DNA of 64,000 bases from Octopus sinensis (taxonomy: Eukaryota): the NCBI RefSeq assembly GCF_006345805.1, contig NC_043001.1:15376001-15440000 (forward strand). Direction: 5' to 3'. Position numbers and translations under genes: made by a program. Under the pieces are notes generated by a model that saw nothing but the letters and a program-made list of their open reading frames with translations, searched no databases and was not told the DNA's origin. Positions 34,216 through 47,561 of this stretch are shown here, piece by piece (the first letter of the stretch is position 1; every line of letters begins with the position of its first letter).

Positions 34216-35089
34216 GATTCTTATGTGTTTGCATGTTTGCGTGTGCTGTGTGCCCCTGTGTCTTGTTATCACATGATGGCTGTAAATGAGAATCACCATC
34301 ATACAAGCGATGTTGTTTCTTTCCAGTCTCTTACAAAAAAACATCTCTGACCATGGGGAAATATTACCTTGCCCAGAAACAGTTGAGGGTTAGTGGAAGG
34401 GTATATGACTACAGAAAATGTGCCTCAACAAATTCTGTCTGATTCATGTACGAATTGGAAAATGGATATTAATATTAATATTAATATTATTATTATTACT
34501 ATTATTATTATTATCATTATGATAATGAAGGTGGTGAGCTGGCAGAATCGTTAGCACATTGGATGAAATGCTTAACGATATTTTGCCCATCATTATGTTC
34601 TGAGTTCAAATTCCACTGAGGTTGACTTTGCCTTTCATCCTTTTGGAGTCGATAAATCAAGTAAAAACGAAACATTGGGGTCGATGAAATCAACTTATCC
34701 CCTTCCCCAAAATCAGTCTCTTGTGGGCAAAATTTGAAGCCACTATTATGCTGATGATGATGATGAACGAATGAATGAATGAATGAAAAAATGGAGATAG
34801 ATTTGATCGACACTGATAAGAGAGGAATTTGGCCAAAATGACTGTCATCAATGTCTGAAAGTCCCAAGACTCATGGAGAAAATTTCAGCCATGAAAACTG
34901 CAGAAACAATCAGCTGGAATCTTGATCTTTTATCTTTGACTTGTTTCATTCATTAAAGAGTGGCCATGCTGGTGCACCACAGGATTTAGTTAAACAAATT
35001 GCACCCCCACTCCCCTCTAGCACATTTTAAAGTCTGGTTATTATTATATCAGTTTCTGAACTGCTAAGTTATACTCTTTTACACTTTAC

Positions 35090-35480
35090 TTGTTTCAGTC
35101 ATTTGACTGTGGCCATGCTGAGCAACGCCTTTAGTCGAGCAATCGACCCGGGACTTATTCTTTGTAAGCCCAGTACTTTTTTTCTATCGGTCTCTTTGCC
35201 GAACCGCTAAGTGATGGGGACGTAAACACACACCAGCATCAGTTGTCAAGCAATGCTAGGGGGACAAACGCAGACACACAAACACATACACACACATATA
35301 TATATATATACATATATACGATAGGCTTCTTTCAGTTTCCTTCTACCAAATCTATTCACAAGGCATTGGTCGGCCCGGGGCTATAGCAGAAGACACTTGC
35401 CCAAGATGTCATGCAGTGGGACTGAACCCGGAACCATGTGGTTGGTAAACAAGCTACTTACCACACAGCCACTCCTGCAC
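35090..35480 (-). mobile_element. SINE family A
   Basis: Full reverse copy; further copies at ~36215-36605, ~36765-37200, ~43620-44065, ~44670-45290, ~48240-48635, ~50023-50345, ~50370-50725, ~63145-63315. Confidence 0.85.
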
Positions 35481-35767
35481 CTATATATATATATGTATAT
35501 GGGTAATATACAAACATAGAATGTATCTATAGAACATGACTGGGTAGGTATATTGTATATATATATATATATAAATATATATATATCCCACGCACTATTA
35601 GCTGGTCCCTCAACCCTTTTATCAACCCTATTATCTCCCCTTATTCGCTCTCGCGTCTCATGTTTGATCTTTGACCTCTGGCCGAAATCAGATCGCCATG
35701 TGATTCGTTAGCTACTGCACGCATTTTTTTCTCTCCTTCTTTAGGTGTTTTTCTCTCTCTGTGTATC

Positions 35768-35800
35768 CTTCGGTTGAAGAGCGTAGCTCGAAACGTTAAG
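35768..35800 (+). ncRNA. Degenerate minimal hammerhead-like motif in a Penelope-like tail
   Basis: ctt-CGGTTGA-A-GAGC-GTA-GCTC-GAAA-CG-TT-aag. Confidence 0.4.
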
Positions 35801-35895
35801 ACTTGTTTTATTATATTTCCTGAGCGCCATACTAATACAATTTGTTTGTTTTCCACCTGCCTTCGTCTTTTGTTTATTTTCATAAAGCTTCCCGT

Positions 35896-35926
<31 letters not shown>

Positions 35927-36028
35927 ATATATATATGTTTATAAATAAGGATAATATCGATATTAAATATCGGTATTATCAAGTGGCCAGCATAGGAATA
36001 AATACCATACAAAGGTAATAATTTTTTC

Positions 36029-36176
36029 AACTAAAAATAAGGGTGTCTAAGAGGACACCACCATGCCGAAATAGCAGTCAAATCCCTGATTCTAAGAACC
36101 ACCATAAATGTTCATAAATTTCATTTGACTGCTAGTTCGGCATAGTGGTGTCTCTCAGACACCTTATTTTTTAGTT
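36029..36176. repeat. 148-bp palindrome / MITE-like element with ~55-bp arms
   Basis: AACTAAAAATAAGGGTGTCT...GCAGTCAAAT is the reverse complement of ATTTGACTGC...ACACCTTATTTTTTAGTT, with a few mismatches. Confidence 0.7.
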
Positions 36177-36977
36177 ATATAGTATAATATAATATATATA
36201 TATATATATATATACTCTTTACTCTCTCTCTTTTACTTGTTTTCAGTCATTGACTGCAGCCATGCTGGAGCACCGCCTTTAATTGAGCAACTCAACCCCG
36301 GGACTTATTCTTTTGTAAGCCCCAGTACTTATTTATCGGTCTCTTTTGCGAACCGCTAAGTAACGGGGACATAAACACACAGCATCGGTTGTTCAAGCAA
36401 TGTTAGGGGGACATTACACAGACACACAAACACACACATACATTATATACATATTACGACAGGCTTCTTTCAGTTTCCGTCTACCAAATCCACTCACTTC
36501 TGCTATAGCAGAAGACAATTGCCCAAGATGCCACGCAGTGGACTGAACCCGGGAACAATATGGTTGGTAAACAAGCTACTTACCACACAGCCACTCCTGC
36601 ACCTATATATATATATATGTATATTGGGTAATATACAAACATATCTATATGATTAAAACCTGGGCAAATAGATATATCTGTCAGGCAATACGCAGTCATT
36701 TCCATGTCAAAGCTGAAAATAAATGGTTTGAGCAAATAGCAACTTTAGTATGTGACAATGAACGACTTACTCTTTTACCCTTTTATTTGTTTCAGTTATT
36801 TGACAGCGGCCATGCTGGAGCACCGCCTTTTAGTCGAGCAAATCGACCCCAGGACTTATTCTTTGTAAGCCTAGTACTTATTCTATCAGTCTCTTTTGCC
36901 GAACCGCTAAGTTACGGGGGACATAAACACACCAGTGTCGGTTGTCAAGCGATGTTGGGGGGACAAACACAGACACA

Positions 36978-37031
<54 letters not shown>

Positions 37032-37429
37032 CATATACAACGGGCTTCTTTCAGTTTCCATCTACTAAATCCACTCACAAGGCTTTGGTCGGCTCGAGGC
37101 TACAGTAGAAGACACTTGCCCATGGTGCCACGCAGTGGGACTGAACCTGGAACCATGTGGTTGGTAAGCAAGCTACTTACCACACAGCCACTCCTGCGAC
37201 TTAGTTATTCTACTTTGGGACAAATCTGTTCAGACTGACAAGAACAAAACGAACCACTGAGATCATTATTATCATCATTATCAACATCCAATGTCTGTTT
37301 TCCATGCTGGTATGGGTTGGATGGTTTGACCGTAGATCGGACTGTTTGACGGGTGCTGGCAGGGCCAGGAGCCACACCAGATTCCATAGTCTGTTCTCGC
37401 TTGGCTTCTACAGCTGGATGCCTTTCCTT

Positions 37430-37778
37430 TCACCTCATCCCATGTCTTCCTGGGTCTACCTCAACCCTGGATTCCTTTAACTGTTTGGAAGTGGCACTTC
37501 TTCACACATCTCTCCTCATCCATCCATAGTACATGCCCATACCAGCGCAGACGTCTCTCTTGCACGCCACATCCAATGCTTCTTATGTCCAGCTCTCAGG
37601 GCACTTACACTCTGCCGTGTGTGCACACTGACACTACACACCCAGCGGATCATGCTAGCTTCATTTCTTTCAAGCCTACCCATGCCCTCTGCAGTCACAG
37701 CCCATGTTTCTCTACCGTGAAGCATGGCAGTTCGCACATTTGCGTCGTACAATCTACCTTTCACTCTGAGCGAGAGAC
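37430..37778 (-). mobile_element. RTE-clade LINE fragment (C-terminal part of the RT ORF)
   Basis: LRVKGRLYDANVRTAMLHGRETWAVTAEGMGRLERNEASMIRWVCSV...ERRLRWYGHVLWMD...GRPRKTWDEV. Confidence 0.85.
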
Positions 37779-37799
37779 ATATAGATATAGATATAGATC

Positions 37800-38142
37800 G
37801 GCAGATGCCAGGACCCCTGGACTGGTGGTATGTAAAAAGCACTATCCGAATCGTGGCCGATGCCAGCACCGCCTCGACTGGCTTCTGTGCCGGTGGCATG
37901 TAAATTGCACCAATCCGACCATGGCCGTTGCCAGCCTCACCTGGCACCTGTGCAGGTGGCACGTAAAAAGCACCCACTACACTCACGGAGTGGTTGGCAT
38001 TAGGAAGGGCATCCAGCTGCAGAAACATTGCCAGATAAGACTGGAGCCTGGTGCAGCCTTCTGACTTCCCAGATCCCCGGTCGAACCGTCCAACCCATGC
38101 TAGCATGGAGAACGGACGTTAAACGATGATGATGATGATGAT
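37800..38142 (+). mobile_element. Family D element
   Basis: Units plus the (GAT)n tail. Confidence 0.8.
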
Positions 38143-38789
38143 GGCTATATATGCATTTTTTCTCAGTGTGTGGCCTGTCAGATATTTATATGTCTCTCCT
38201 TGATTCTGTAAGCGATAGACCAATCCAGCTCTTAAAGGCCCAACTCACCAAGTCTAAATATTACATTGGCCATCAGACACTATAAGTAGGTGAAAAAACT
38301 AAGCTATTATAAATATGTATGGTAGGAATGGTCACTGATGATGATTGATGAAGTTCTATGTTAGGACACTGGTAAGTAGTTATAGAAGACTAAGGAATTG
38401 GTAACATTAAGTCTCAAGATGATGGGCCACCTGATCATCATGTCAGAAGAAGGAAGCCAGTGATTTACTGTGCTGCAGATCTATCCAACCCATGCTACAT
38501 TGCAAAAAACACAGAATGGCAATTATGATGATGACAGCAGCAAATGGCAGTTGTGATGACATTTACAAATACACCAAACACACACACACACACATTATAT
38601 ATAATATATATATATATATTATATTATATATATATATATATATAAACAAACATACATGCATACAAATGCAGAATATGTAGATATAAACACACACAGATGT
38701 ATATTACACATACCTGCATCTACACACATTTTTATGCAAATAAATATATATGCACATGAAATGCATTTATCAATATATATATGTGTGTG

Positions 38790-38861
<72 letters not shown>

Positions 38862-39419
38862 CAGTAAAAAATAAATATGTATATATCTATATATGTATGT
38901 ATGTGTGTGTGTATGTGACTATGCGCACATACATGCATACAACAGACACATGCGCATACATACAGTTATATTCATGCCAAAGTAATATCCATATGCAACA
39001 TGTAAGTATACACAAGCATGCATAATTGTAAATAGAGATATAGGTGTGTGTATATAAATATAGCAAGAACTGACATTTTCACAAAGTTTCTTATCAATAC
39101 ACAGATGTGAATAACGCACTTTTTCTTCTTGTTTCTATCTTTTTCCTTACATAAAAGACACGGCTAAACAGACCCACAATTAAGACAAACATACAGAGAA
39201 ACACGTCCTAAAACAAAAACTAAAAAAATAATAATAAGGATAATAATAATAATAATAATAATAAAAACCCCAGCAAATATGCTCACTAATAAATATACAC
39301 TTGTACATAATCCAGATATCTGTTTATAAATAAACACAAGCTTTATATTCACATGAAAGTTACACCTAGCTACCGTAACCTTGGAACTCTGTACTTTGGT
39401 TTCAAGTTGTGGATAATAA

Positions 39420-39435
39420 AACATATATATAGATA

Positions 39436-39479
<44 letters not shown>

Positions 39480-39754
39480 TATATATAGATAATATACACA
39501 CACACACACCACATATATATACATACATATAAAGATATATACATACATATACATTTATAATTATATATATGCATATAAATATATATTATATATATATATC
39601 TATATATTTATATATATATGAATATATACTAATTATATACATATAAATTATATACTATATATATAATATATATATATAATAATAGATATATATATATATA
39701 TATATATATATACTATATTATTATATAGATGAATATATTCATATAAATATATAT

Positions 39755-39787
<33 letters not shown>

Positions 39788-39840
39788 TTATACATATAAA
39801 TATATATATATGTATGTATATATATATCTTATAAATATAT
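39420..39840. repeat. Degenerate (TA)n microsatellite; similar tracts at 42940-43420, 58290-58910, 63720-63820
   Basis: Direct sequence. Confidence 0.9.
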
Positions 39841-41249
39841 GATTTTTAAAAAAGAAAATACCTAAGCATATTCTCCCAGAGACCGCTTCTAGTTCTCTCA
39901 CCAACAGCTAACAACTGAAATTCTGCAGCTTTGAACATTTATGTTGCCCTCCCCCTGTCCCCTCAATCTCTTTAACCTTTATTTTTCTTGTCATATTTTC
40001 AGTTCAAAAGAATAATTTTGTTTATTTGTAAACTTCGTGTGACCCAAGTCATTATTTTTTATTTTCATACCTGGCATATGCGAATGTACATGGCCCAGCG
40101 GTTAGGTTGTTGCACGCATGATCATAAGTTCGTATTTTCAATTCCTGGACTCAGCAGTGCATTGGTGTTCTTGAGCAAAACACTTCATTTCATATTGTCC
40201 CAGTCTGCTCAGCTACAAATGAGTAATCCTGTGGTGAACAGACATGTGTGTGTGTGTGTGTATATTCTACCAGTTCACCATCTTAACAACAATCATTTAA
40301 TGATCCATGATTCATAATGGTAGATTAATTAAAAACACGGAACCGATGGCATCGTGAATACAGAGAAATATTCTTCCATTCTGTAAAATGGTTAATTTTG
40401 CACTGTATTACGAGGGAGTGTAAGCCATTTTACAATACTCTCCACAAACTTCATTCCTAATTAGTAAATCTTTACGATGCATGACTTACAAAGATGTCGG
40501 TTAAGAATTATGAAATATGGAATGTGAAAATGAATGAGTTGGAAACTATTCAGACAAAATTGAATATGATCTGTGGGATGTATAATAAATTTGAAAAGCT
40601 GACTGTTTGTATACTATCTGAGATAACAGCAAGGATGAGAAAATAATCTTTTTTTTATTTCATATTTCAGATGTTGGTTAGGAGAGAAAAAATCCAGGTG
40701 TTATGGAGAAGTTCTGTAAAGGAATGATAAGGAAAGTAGAATGAAGTGGTAGCTAATGGTTGATGGTTAGCTAGCATATGTAAAAAAATAATATTGTGGT
40801 TTATCTGAAAGGACTAAAGCTCTGAATATTTGAATGTTTCATCTACATTTCCATATGTTTATATTTTGTCTTACCTACTTTCAGGCACAGGGGGTAAATT
40901 TTTTGTTTTTGACCAAAAAAATATTATCTGTTTCAGAAAATGTTCAACTCTTATTAGGCTACAGAACCCTTAGTTACAGAAAAAAAAAATGTTTTACTTG
41001 TAGACAAATTACAGAAAAATAAACATATTTTCATGGTGTCATCATCGTAGTTTTAACACCCACCTTTTCCATGCTTACCTGTGTCAGACAGAGCTTACTT
41101 AGGCAGATTTTCAATAGTCAGATGCTCTTCCTGTTACCAACCCTTAACTGTTACCAAACAAGGTAATATTTTACCCATGGCTGGACATGTTTTGGGAGAA
41201 TAATGGAAATGAATGACATGGCTTGTATGACAATGACACTCATTTACAG

Positions 41250-41625
41250 CTGGCTGTGGTTCCGGGTTCAGTCCCACTGCGTGGCTCCTTGGGCAAGTGT
41301 CTTCTGCTATAGTCCCGGGCCGACCAATGCCTTGTGAGTGGATTTGGTAGGCGGAAACTGAAAGAAGCCCATTGTATATATGTATATATATATATGTGTG
41401 TGCGTGTATGTTTGTGTGTCTGTGTTTGTCCCCCTAGCATTGCTTGACAACTGATGCTGGTGTGTTTACGTCCCCGTTACTTAGCGGTTCGGCAAAAGAG
41501 ACCGATAGAATAAGTACTGGGCTTACAAAAGAATAAGTCCCGGGGTTGAGTTGCTCGATTAAAGGTGGTGCTCCAGCATGGCCGCAGTCAAATGACTGAA
41601 ACAAGTAAAAGAGTAAAAGAGAATA
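41250..41625 (+). mobile_element. SINE family A
   Basis: Near full-length; other plus copies at ~30575-30920, ~51690-52025, ~60890-61255. Confidence 0.85.
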
Positions 41626-42030
41626 TGGTGCCAAGACAAATAAACACCAACATACCCAGTCACACACACACACTTATACATCCATCATTATCATCATCAT
41701 TACTATTTAATGCCCATTTCCCAAACTGACGTGGGATGGATGGTCGACAGGATCCAGCAAGCTACAGGGCATGGCTGTCTGGTAAGAAGGTTGCTTTCCA
41801 AACATATGGTTCCGGGTTCAGTCCCACCGCATGGCATCTTGGGCAAGCCTTGTGAGTAGATTTGATAGAGAGAAACTGAAAGTAGCCCATCATATATATA
41901 CATCATCATCATCATCATATATATATAAAGTTAATCCAAACATGAAAACACCAAGAGAAAACACAACAACGCGAGGACGCGGAACAAATATAGAATTATT
42001 GGATGCTCAGGAAGGAAGGGAAGAAGGAGG

Positions 42031-42065
42031 GTTTTACGTTTCGAGCAGAGCTCTTCGTTAGAAAC
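42031..42065 (-). ncRNA. Minimal type I hammerhead-like motif (G5A core change) in a Penelope-like tail
   Basis: GTTT-CTAACGA-A-GAGC-TCT-GCTC-GAAA-CG-TA-AAAC. Confidence 0.45.
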
Positions 42066-42993
42066 ATAGGAAAAGGAAAGATCCAGAGAAGGGAAGACCG
42101 AAGAAAAATATGTATATATATGTATGCGTGTATATATATGTGTGTGTTTGTGTGTCTGCGTTTGTCCCTCTACCATAGCTTGACAACCGATGTTGGTGTG
42201 CTTACGTTCGGCAAAAAGGAAACCAATAGAATAAGTACCGGGCTTACAAAGAATAAATCCTGAGGTCAATTTCTTCGACTCAAGATGGTGCTCCAGCATG
42301 ACCACACTCAAATGACTGAAACCAGTAAAAGAATAAAAGAATATTTCATTTATGCTTCTAACTCCCAACCCACTCTGGTTCGCAGATCACTCTCATGTCT
42401 TTCAAAATTGTTGCCATTTCTCTACAAGGTCACGACAGTGACAGTAATATAGCGTTAGTAGTAGTAGTAGTAATAGTAGTAGCAGCAGTAATTGTGATGA
42501 TGACTGTTGTGATGGCGCTCAGGTATGGAGCAGGGGCGGGCTGAGACTGGAATATCTATAGCAGGAGTCAGAGAGAAGAAAGCAAGGAGTGGTAATTTCT
42601 TCCATACAATCTCCGTGAATCTCTGCTTCAATAACTATAGTCTTACAAGAACGTCTGGATTATAAATCAAATGTACAATGAGTAGGGGTTCCTGTCTTTG
42701 TGGCCCCGGCTGTTGAGAAAGCTGCACCAGACAAAAGAACAGGGTGGTGGGGTGGGGATGGTGGGTGCTGGTGTGCCCCCCCACCCCACCCCACCGCCGC
42801 CCAGACTTGCATCAGATAACATGACAAGTGTTTGGCAAGACAGCACTCTGTGCTTTGTGTGTGTGTGTGTGAGTGTATATGTTTGTATGTATGTCTTTGT
42901 GTATATATGTATGCTTAAATTTGTGTATTGTATATATGTTTATATATATATAAATATATGTATATGTGTGTGTGTGTGTATATATATATATAT

Positions 42994-43035
<42 letters not shown>

Positions 43036-43364
43036 TTTATATATACACACACACACACACATAATATATATATATACATATATTTATATATATAACCACA
43101 TATATGTATGTATATGTGTTATATATATATATATACACACATATACATTTGTATGCATGTATTTATGTGTGTGAATATGTGTGAGTATGTGTGTATACAG
43201 ACATACATAAATATATATATGTATAATGCATGTGTGTATGTGTTTGTATGTGTGTATATATATAGTATGTGTATGTTATATATATATATATATTTACAAC
43301 ACACACAAATATTATATATATATATATATATATATCATACATACATATATGTGTATATATATAG

Positions 43365-43401
<37 letters not shown>

Positions 43402-44199
43402 TATATACACCACACACACATACACATACATTCATACTAAATGTGTAAATTAAAAGAAAAAGAGAGAGAAGAGTGAGGAGACACATGTTTGACATGTTTG
43501 ATTTCCAACCATGTAGCTTGTTTGATTATTCTTTTGATTGTTATCACCATGCACATGTCTTGTGTGTGTGTGTGTATGTGTGATATGTAGTCTGTACTTG
43601 TATATTGTGCGTGGTCTCTCTCTTTACTCTTTACTCTTTTACTTGATTCAGTCATTTGACTGCGGCCATGATGGAGCACCGCCTTTAGCCGAGCAACTCG
43701 ACCCCGGGACTTATTCTTTTGTAAGCCCAGTACTTATTCTATCGGTCTCTTTTGCCGAACCGCTAAGTGACGGGGACGTAAACACACCAGCATCGGTTTG
43801 TCAAGCAATGCTAGGGGGACAAATACACACAAACATATACACACACATACATATATATAATATATATATATATAATATATTATATATATTATATATATAC
43901 ATATATACGACAGGCTTCTTTCAGTTTCCGTCTACCAAATCCACTCACAAGGCATTGGTCGGCCCGGGGCTATAGCAGAAGACACTTGCCCAAGATGCCA
44001 CGCAGTGGGATTGAACCCAGAACCATGTGGCTGGTAAACAAGCTACTTACCACACAGCCACTCCTCCTTGCAAGTGTATTTTATAGAGGTTTCAGTTTTC
44101 TTTGGCTTCATTTTGCTGAAGTTTTTTTTTTTATAAAAGATTATTTCTAGACACTTAGAGTTCCTTACAAGGGAGATAATCATTTCTTTGTAATATTTG

Positions 44200-44600
44200 G
44201 TGGGATTAGGTAGCAAGCTGGCAGAAATGTTGGCATGCTGGGCAAAATGCTTAATGGTATTTTGTCTGCCGTTACGTTCTGAGTTCAACTTCCGCCAAGG
44301 TCAACTTTGCCTTTCATCCCTTTCGAGGTCAATAAATTAAGTACCAGTTATGCACTAGGTCGATGTAATCGACTTAATCCGTTTGTCTGTCCTTGTTTGT
44401 CTCCTCTGTGTTTAGCCCCTTGTGTGTAGTAAAGAAATAGGTATTTTGTATGTCTTTACGTTCTGAGTTCAAATTCTGCGGAGGTTGACTTTGCCTTTCA
44501 CCCTTTTGGGGTTGATAAATTAAGTACCAGTTGCATAATTGTCGATCTAATTGTCTGCCCCCTCCCCCAAAATTTCGGGCCTGGTGCCTAGAGTAGAAAA
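44200..44600 (+). mobile_element. SINE family B dimer with two alternative 3' tails
   Basis: Head, body, tail 1, body, tail 2 (CCCCAAAATTTCGGGCC...AGTAGAAAAGAAT). Confidence 0.8.
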
Positions 44601-45032
44601 GAATATTTTGTGGGATTAAATGCTGGAATATGAAACAAATAATAAGAAAAAAGATATATAGGCTACATATCTTTTAATCTTTTACTTGTATCAGTCATAT
44701 GACTGTAGCCATGCTGGAGCACCACCTTGAAAAATTTTAGTTGTGGGAATTGACTCCAATATTTATTTTGTTTAAGCCTAGTACTTATTCTGTTGGTATC
44801 TTTTGCTGAACCACTAAGTTATGGGGATGTAAACACACCAACGCTGGTTGTCATGTGGTGGTGAGGGAGAAACACAGACACACACACACACACTCATACA
44901 CACACACATGATGAGTTTCTTTCAGTTTCCACCTACCAAATCCACTCACAAGGCTTTGGTCAGCCTGAGGCTACAGCAGAAGACACCTACCCAAGGTGCC
45001 ATGTAGTGGGACTGAACCCAGAACCATATGTT

Positions 45033-45132
45033 NNNNNNNNNNNNNNNNNNNNNNNNNNNNNNNNNNNNNNNNNNNNNNNNNNNNNNNNNNNNNNNNNNNN
45101 NNNNNNNNNNNNNNNNNNNNNNNNNNNNNNNN
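45033..45132. other. Assembly gap (100 N)
   Basis: Run of N. Confidence 1.
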
Positions 45133-45324
45133 CATATATACGACAGGCTTCTTTCAGTTTCCGTCTACCAAATCCACTCACAAGGCTTGGTCGGCCCGAG
45201 GCTATAATAGAAGATACTTGCCCAAGGTGTCACGCAGTGGGACTGAACCCGGAACCATGTGGTTTACTACACAGCCACTCCTGCGCCTACACTGATTATT
45301 TATATGCACATATATATGTGAGTA

Positions 45325-45745
45325 CATTCTTTTGTACTCTGGGCACAAGGCCCGAAATTCTGGGGCAGGGAGCCAGTGGTTTAGATTGATCCCAGTACGC
45401 AACTGGTACTTATACTATCGACTCCGGAATGATGAAAAGCAAAGTCGACCTCTGCGGAATTTTAACTAAGATGGTAAAGAGAGAGAAGAAATACTGCTAA
45501 GCATATCGCCCGGTGTGCTAACGTTTCTTATTTCTTTACTGCCCACAAGGGGCTAAACATAGAGGGAACAAACAAGGACAGACAAAGGGATTAAGTCGAT
45601 CACATTGACCCTAGTGCGTAACTGGTACTTATTCAATCGACCCCGAAAGGATGAAAGCAAAGTCGACCTCGGCGGAATTTGAACTCAGAACGTAACGGCA
45701 GACGAAATACCGCTAAGCATATTGCCCGGCGTGCTAACGTTTCTC
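45325..45745 (-). mobile_element. SINE family B dimer
   Basis: Reverse copy; others at ~47820-48065(-), ~51455-51680(-), ~54478-54895(+), ~59495-59725(+). Confidence 0.85.
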
Positions 45746-45989
45746 CAATATATGTGAATACATGTGGGTCTACTGGTACTCCGTCGGTTACGATGACGAG
45801 TTTTCCAGCTGATCCGATGAACGGAACAGCCTGCTCGCGGAATTAACATGCAAATGGCTGAGTGCGCTACAGACACGCGTACTGAACCCAAACCCACGGG
45901 TTTGCAAAGTGAATTTCATATCCTCACAGACATGTCTGCACTTACACACAAACACACGCATTCATTTATATTTGTGCTTATATATATAC

Positions 45990-46517
45990 ACATACATACA
46001 TACGCACATACATACATACATACACACACACATACATACATACGCACATACATACATACATACATACATACATACATACATACATGCATACATACATACA
46101 TACATACATATATACATACATACATACATATTACATCATACATACATACATACATACATACATACATACATACTACATACATACGCACATACATACATAC
46201 ACACATACCCCACATATCATACATACATACTACATGCATACATACATACATACATACATACATACATACATACATACATACATACATACATGCATACATA
46301 CATACATACATACATACATACATACATACATACATACATACATGCATGCATACATACATACATACATACATACATACATACATACATGCATACATACATA
46401 CATACATACATACATACATACATACATACATACATACATACATACATGCATACATACATACATACATACATACATACATACATACATACATACATACATA
46501 CATAAATACATACATAC
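45990..46517. repeat. (CATA)n tetranucleotide microsatellite, ~530 bp
   Basis: Direct sequence. Confidence 0.95.
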
Positions 46518-46665
46518 AAGTTCAGGCTTATAACTGTAACTATTGGGGCCCTGGGACATGTAAGACGCTGCCTAAATACCAATCTTGAGAAATTACGCTT
46601 CTTAGAACCAGAAAGAAGAAAGCTAATTCGAAGACTACAGATCCAATACATCAATGGAACTGTAT
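46518..46665 (+). mobile_element. 5'-truncated R4/Dong-like RLE retrotransposon fragment
   Basis: FRLITVTIGALGHVRRCLNTNLEKLRFLEPERRKLIRRLQIQYINGTV, homologous to 57249-57586. Confidence 0.75.
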
Positions 46666-47529
46666 GCATATGTGTGTAAGTATGTATATCATGTTATTAC
46701 AATATGCAATTTTAAATTCCTAGTATATAACCAGCATTTACAATTCCTCAAGCATAGAAAGGGAAAGCTATGAAAGATTCCCGTGCGTTGTTGTCAGTTT
46801 TCTTCTCTGGACGACATACTTACAAAAATCACCGAATATACATCGAAAAAAAAAGGAAATCTGGGCAGCTGTACTGAAATTATTTAACCTTTAGCACACT
46901 GAAGGCGCATTATGTCACCATAGAGTTTTCGCCCTTGTAGTAACAGGGCAGTGGCAGGGGAAACAATTCTAGAGACAATGCAGTATGATAATGGTTAATT
47001 ATGTCGTTTTTATACGTGTCTCAGTGAATCTTATGGTCGAGTTACGTAATCTAGGCCCAGTATATTATTTCCTCACTTCATCGGAGATTCTTTCTGAACG
47101 ATCTACTTATATATATGTACACCTATCTATCTGTCTGTCTATACATGTGTGTGTGGTGTGTTTGAAAGAGAGAGAGAGAGAAACCCAATTAACGATGAGA
47201 ACTCATGAATACCAAGTAGTCTCAAGCAAGACTTAACCTTCTATTGTTACAGGGAGACGATAAAATAAGTACCAGGCAAGAACGAGAATTCCACAAAGTG
47301 CAGTCCTTCTGATGTAGTGGTACGAATACCGCGACGGCGCTGAGAGGTGTGCCAGCGGAGTCTTCCATTCCATAGAGGTCAAAGGATTAAAGCCAGACAA
47401 ATACTGATCATTTCTTAGAGGTAAAAATGGGTTTGAGTATCAAAAAACATTCGCCAAAGGTGCCACGCAGTGGCACTGAACCCGGAACCATGCAGTTGGT
47501 AAGCTTATTTCTTACCACACAGTACATAC

Positions 47530-47561
<32 letters not shown>

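Noticed and set aside
45033-45132. SINE-A pieces on both sides of the gap as a duplication
   Set aside because: The gap has unknown size and the overlap may be a scaffolding artefact.
45848-46669. Long ORFs (HTYI/MYVC repeats), likewise at 11239-11691, 24924-25148, 30103-30678, 55734-56165, 57550-58159, 62334-62892
   Set aside because: Translations of stop-free microsatellites, with no coding signal.
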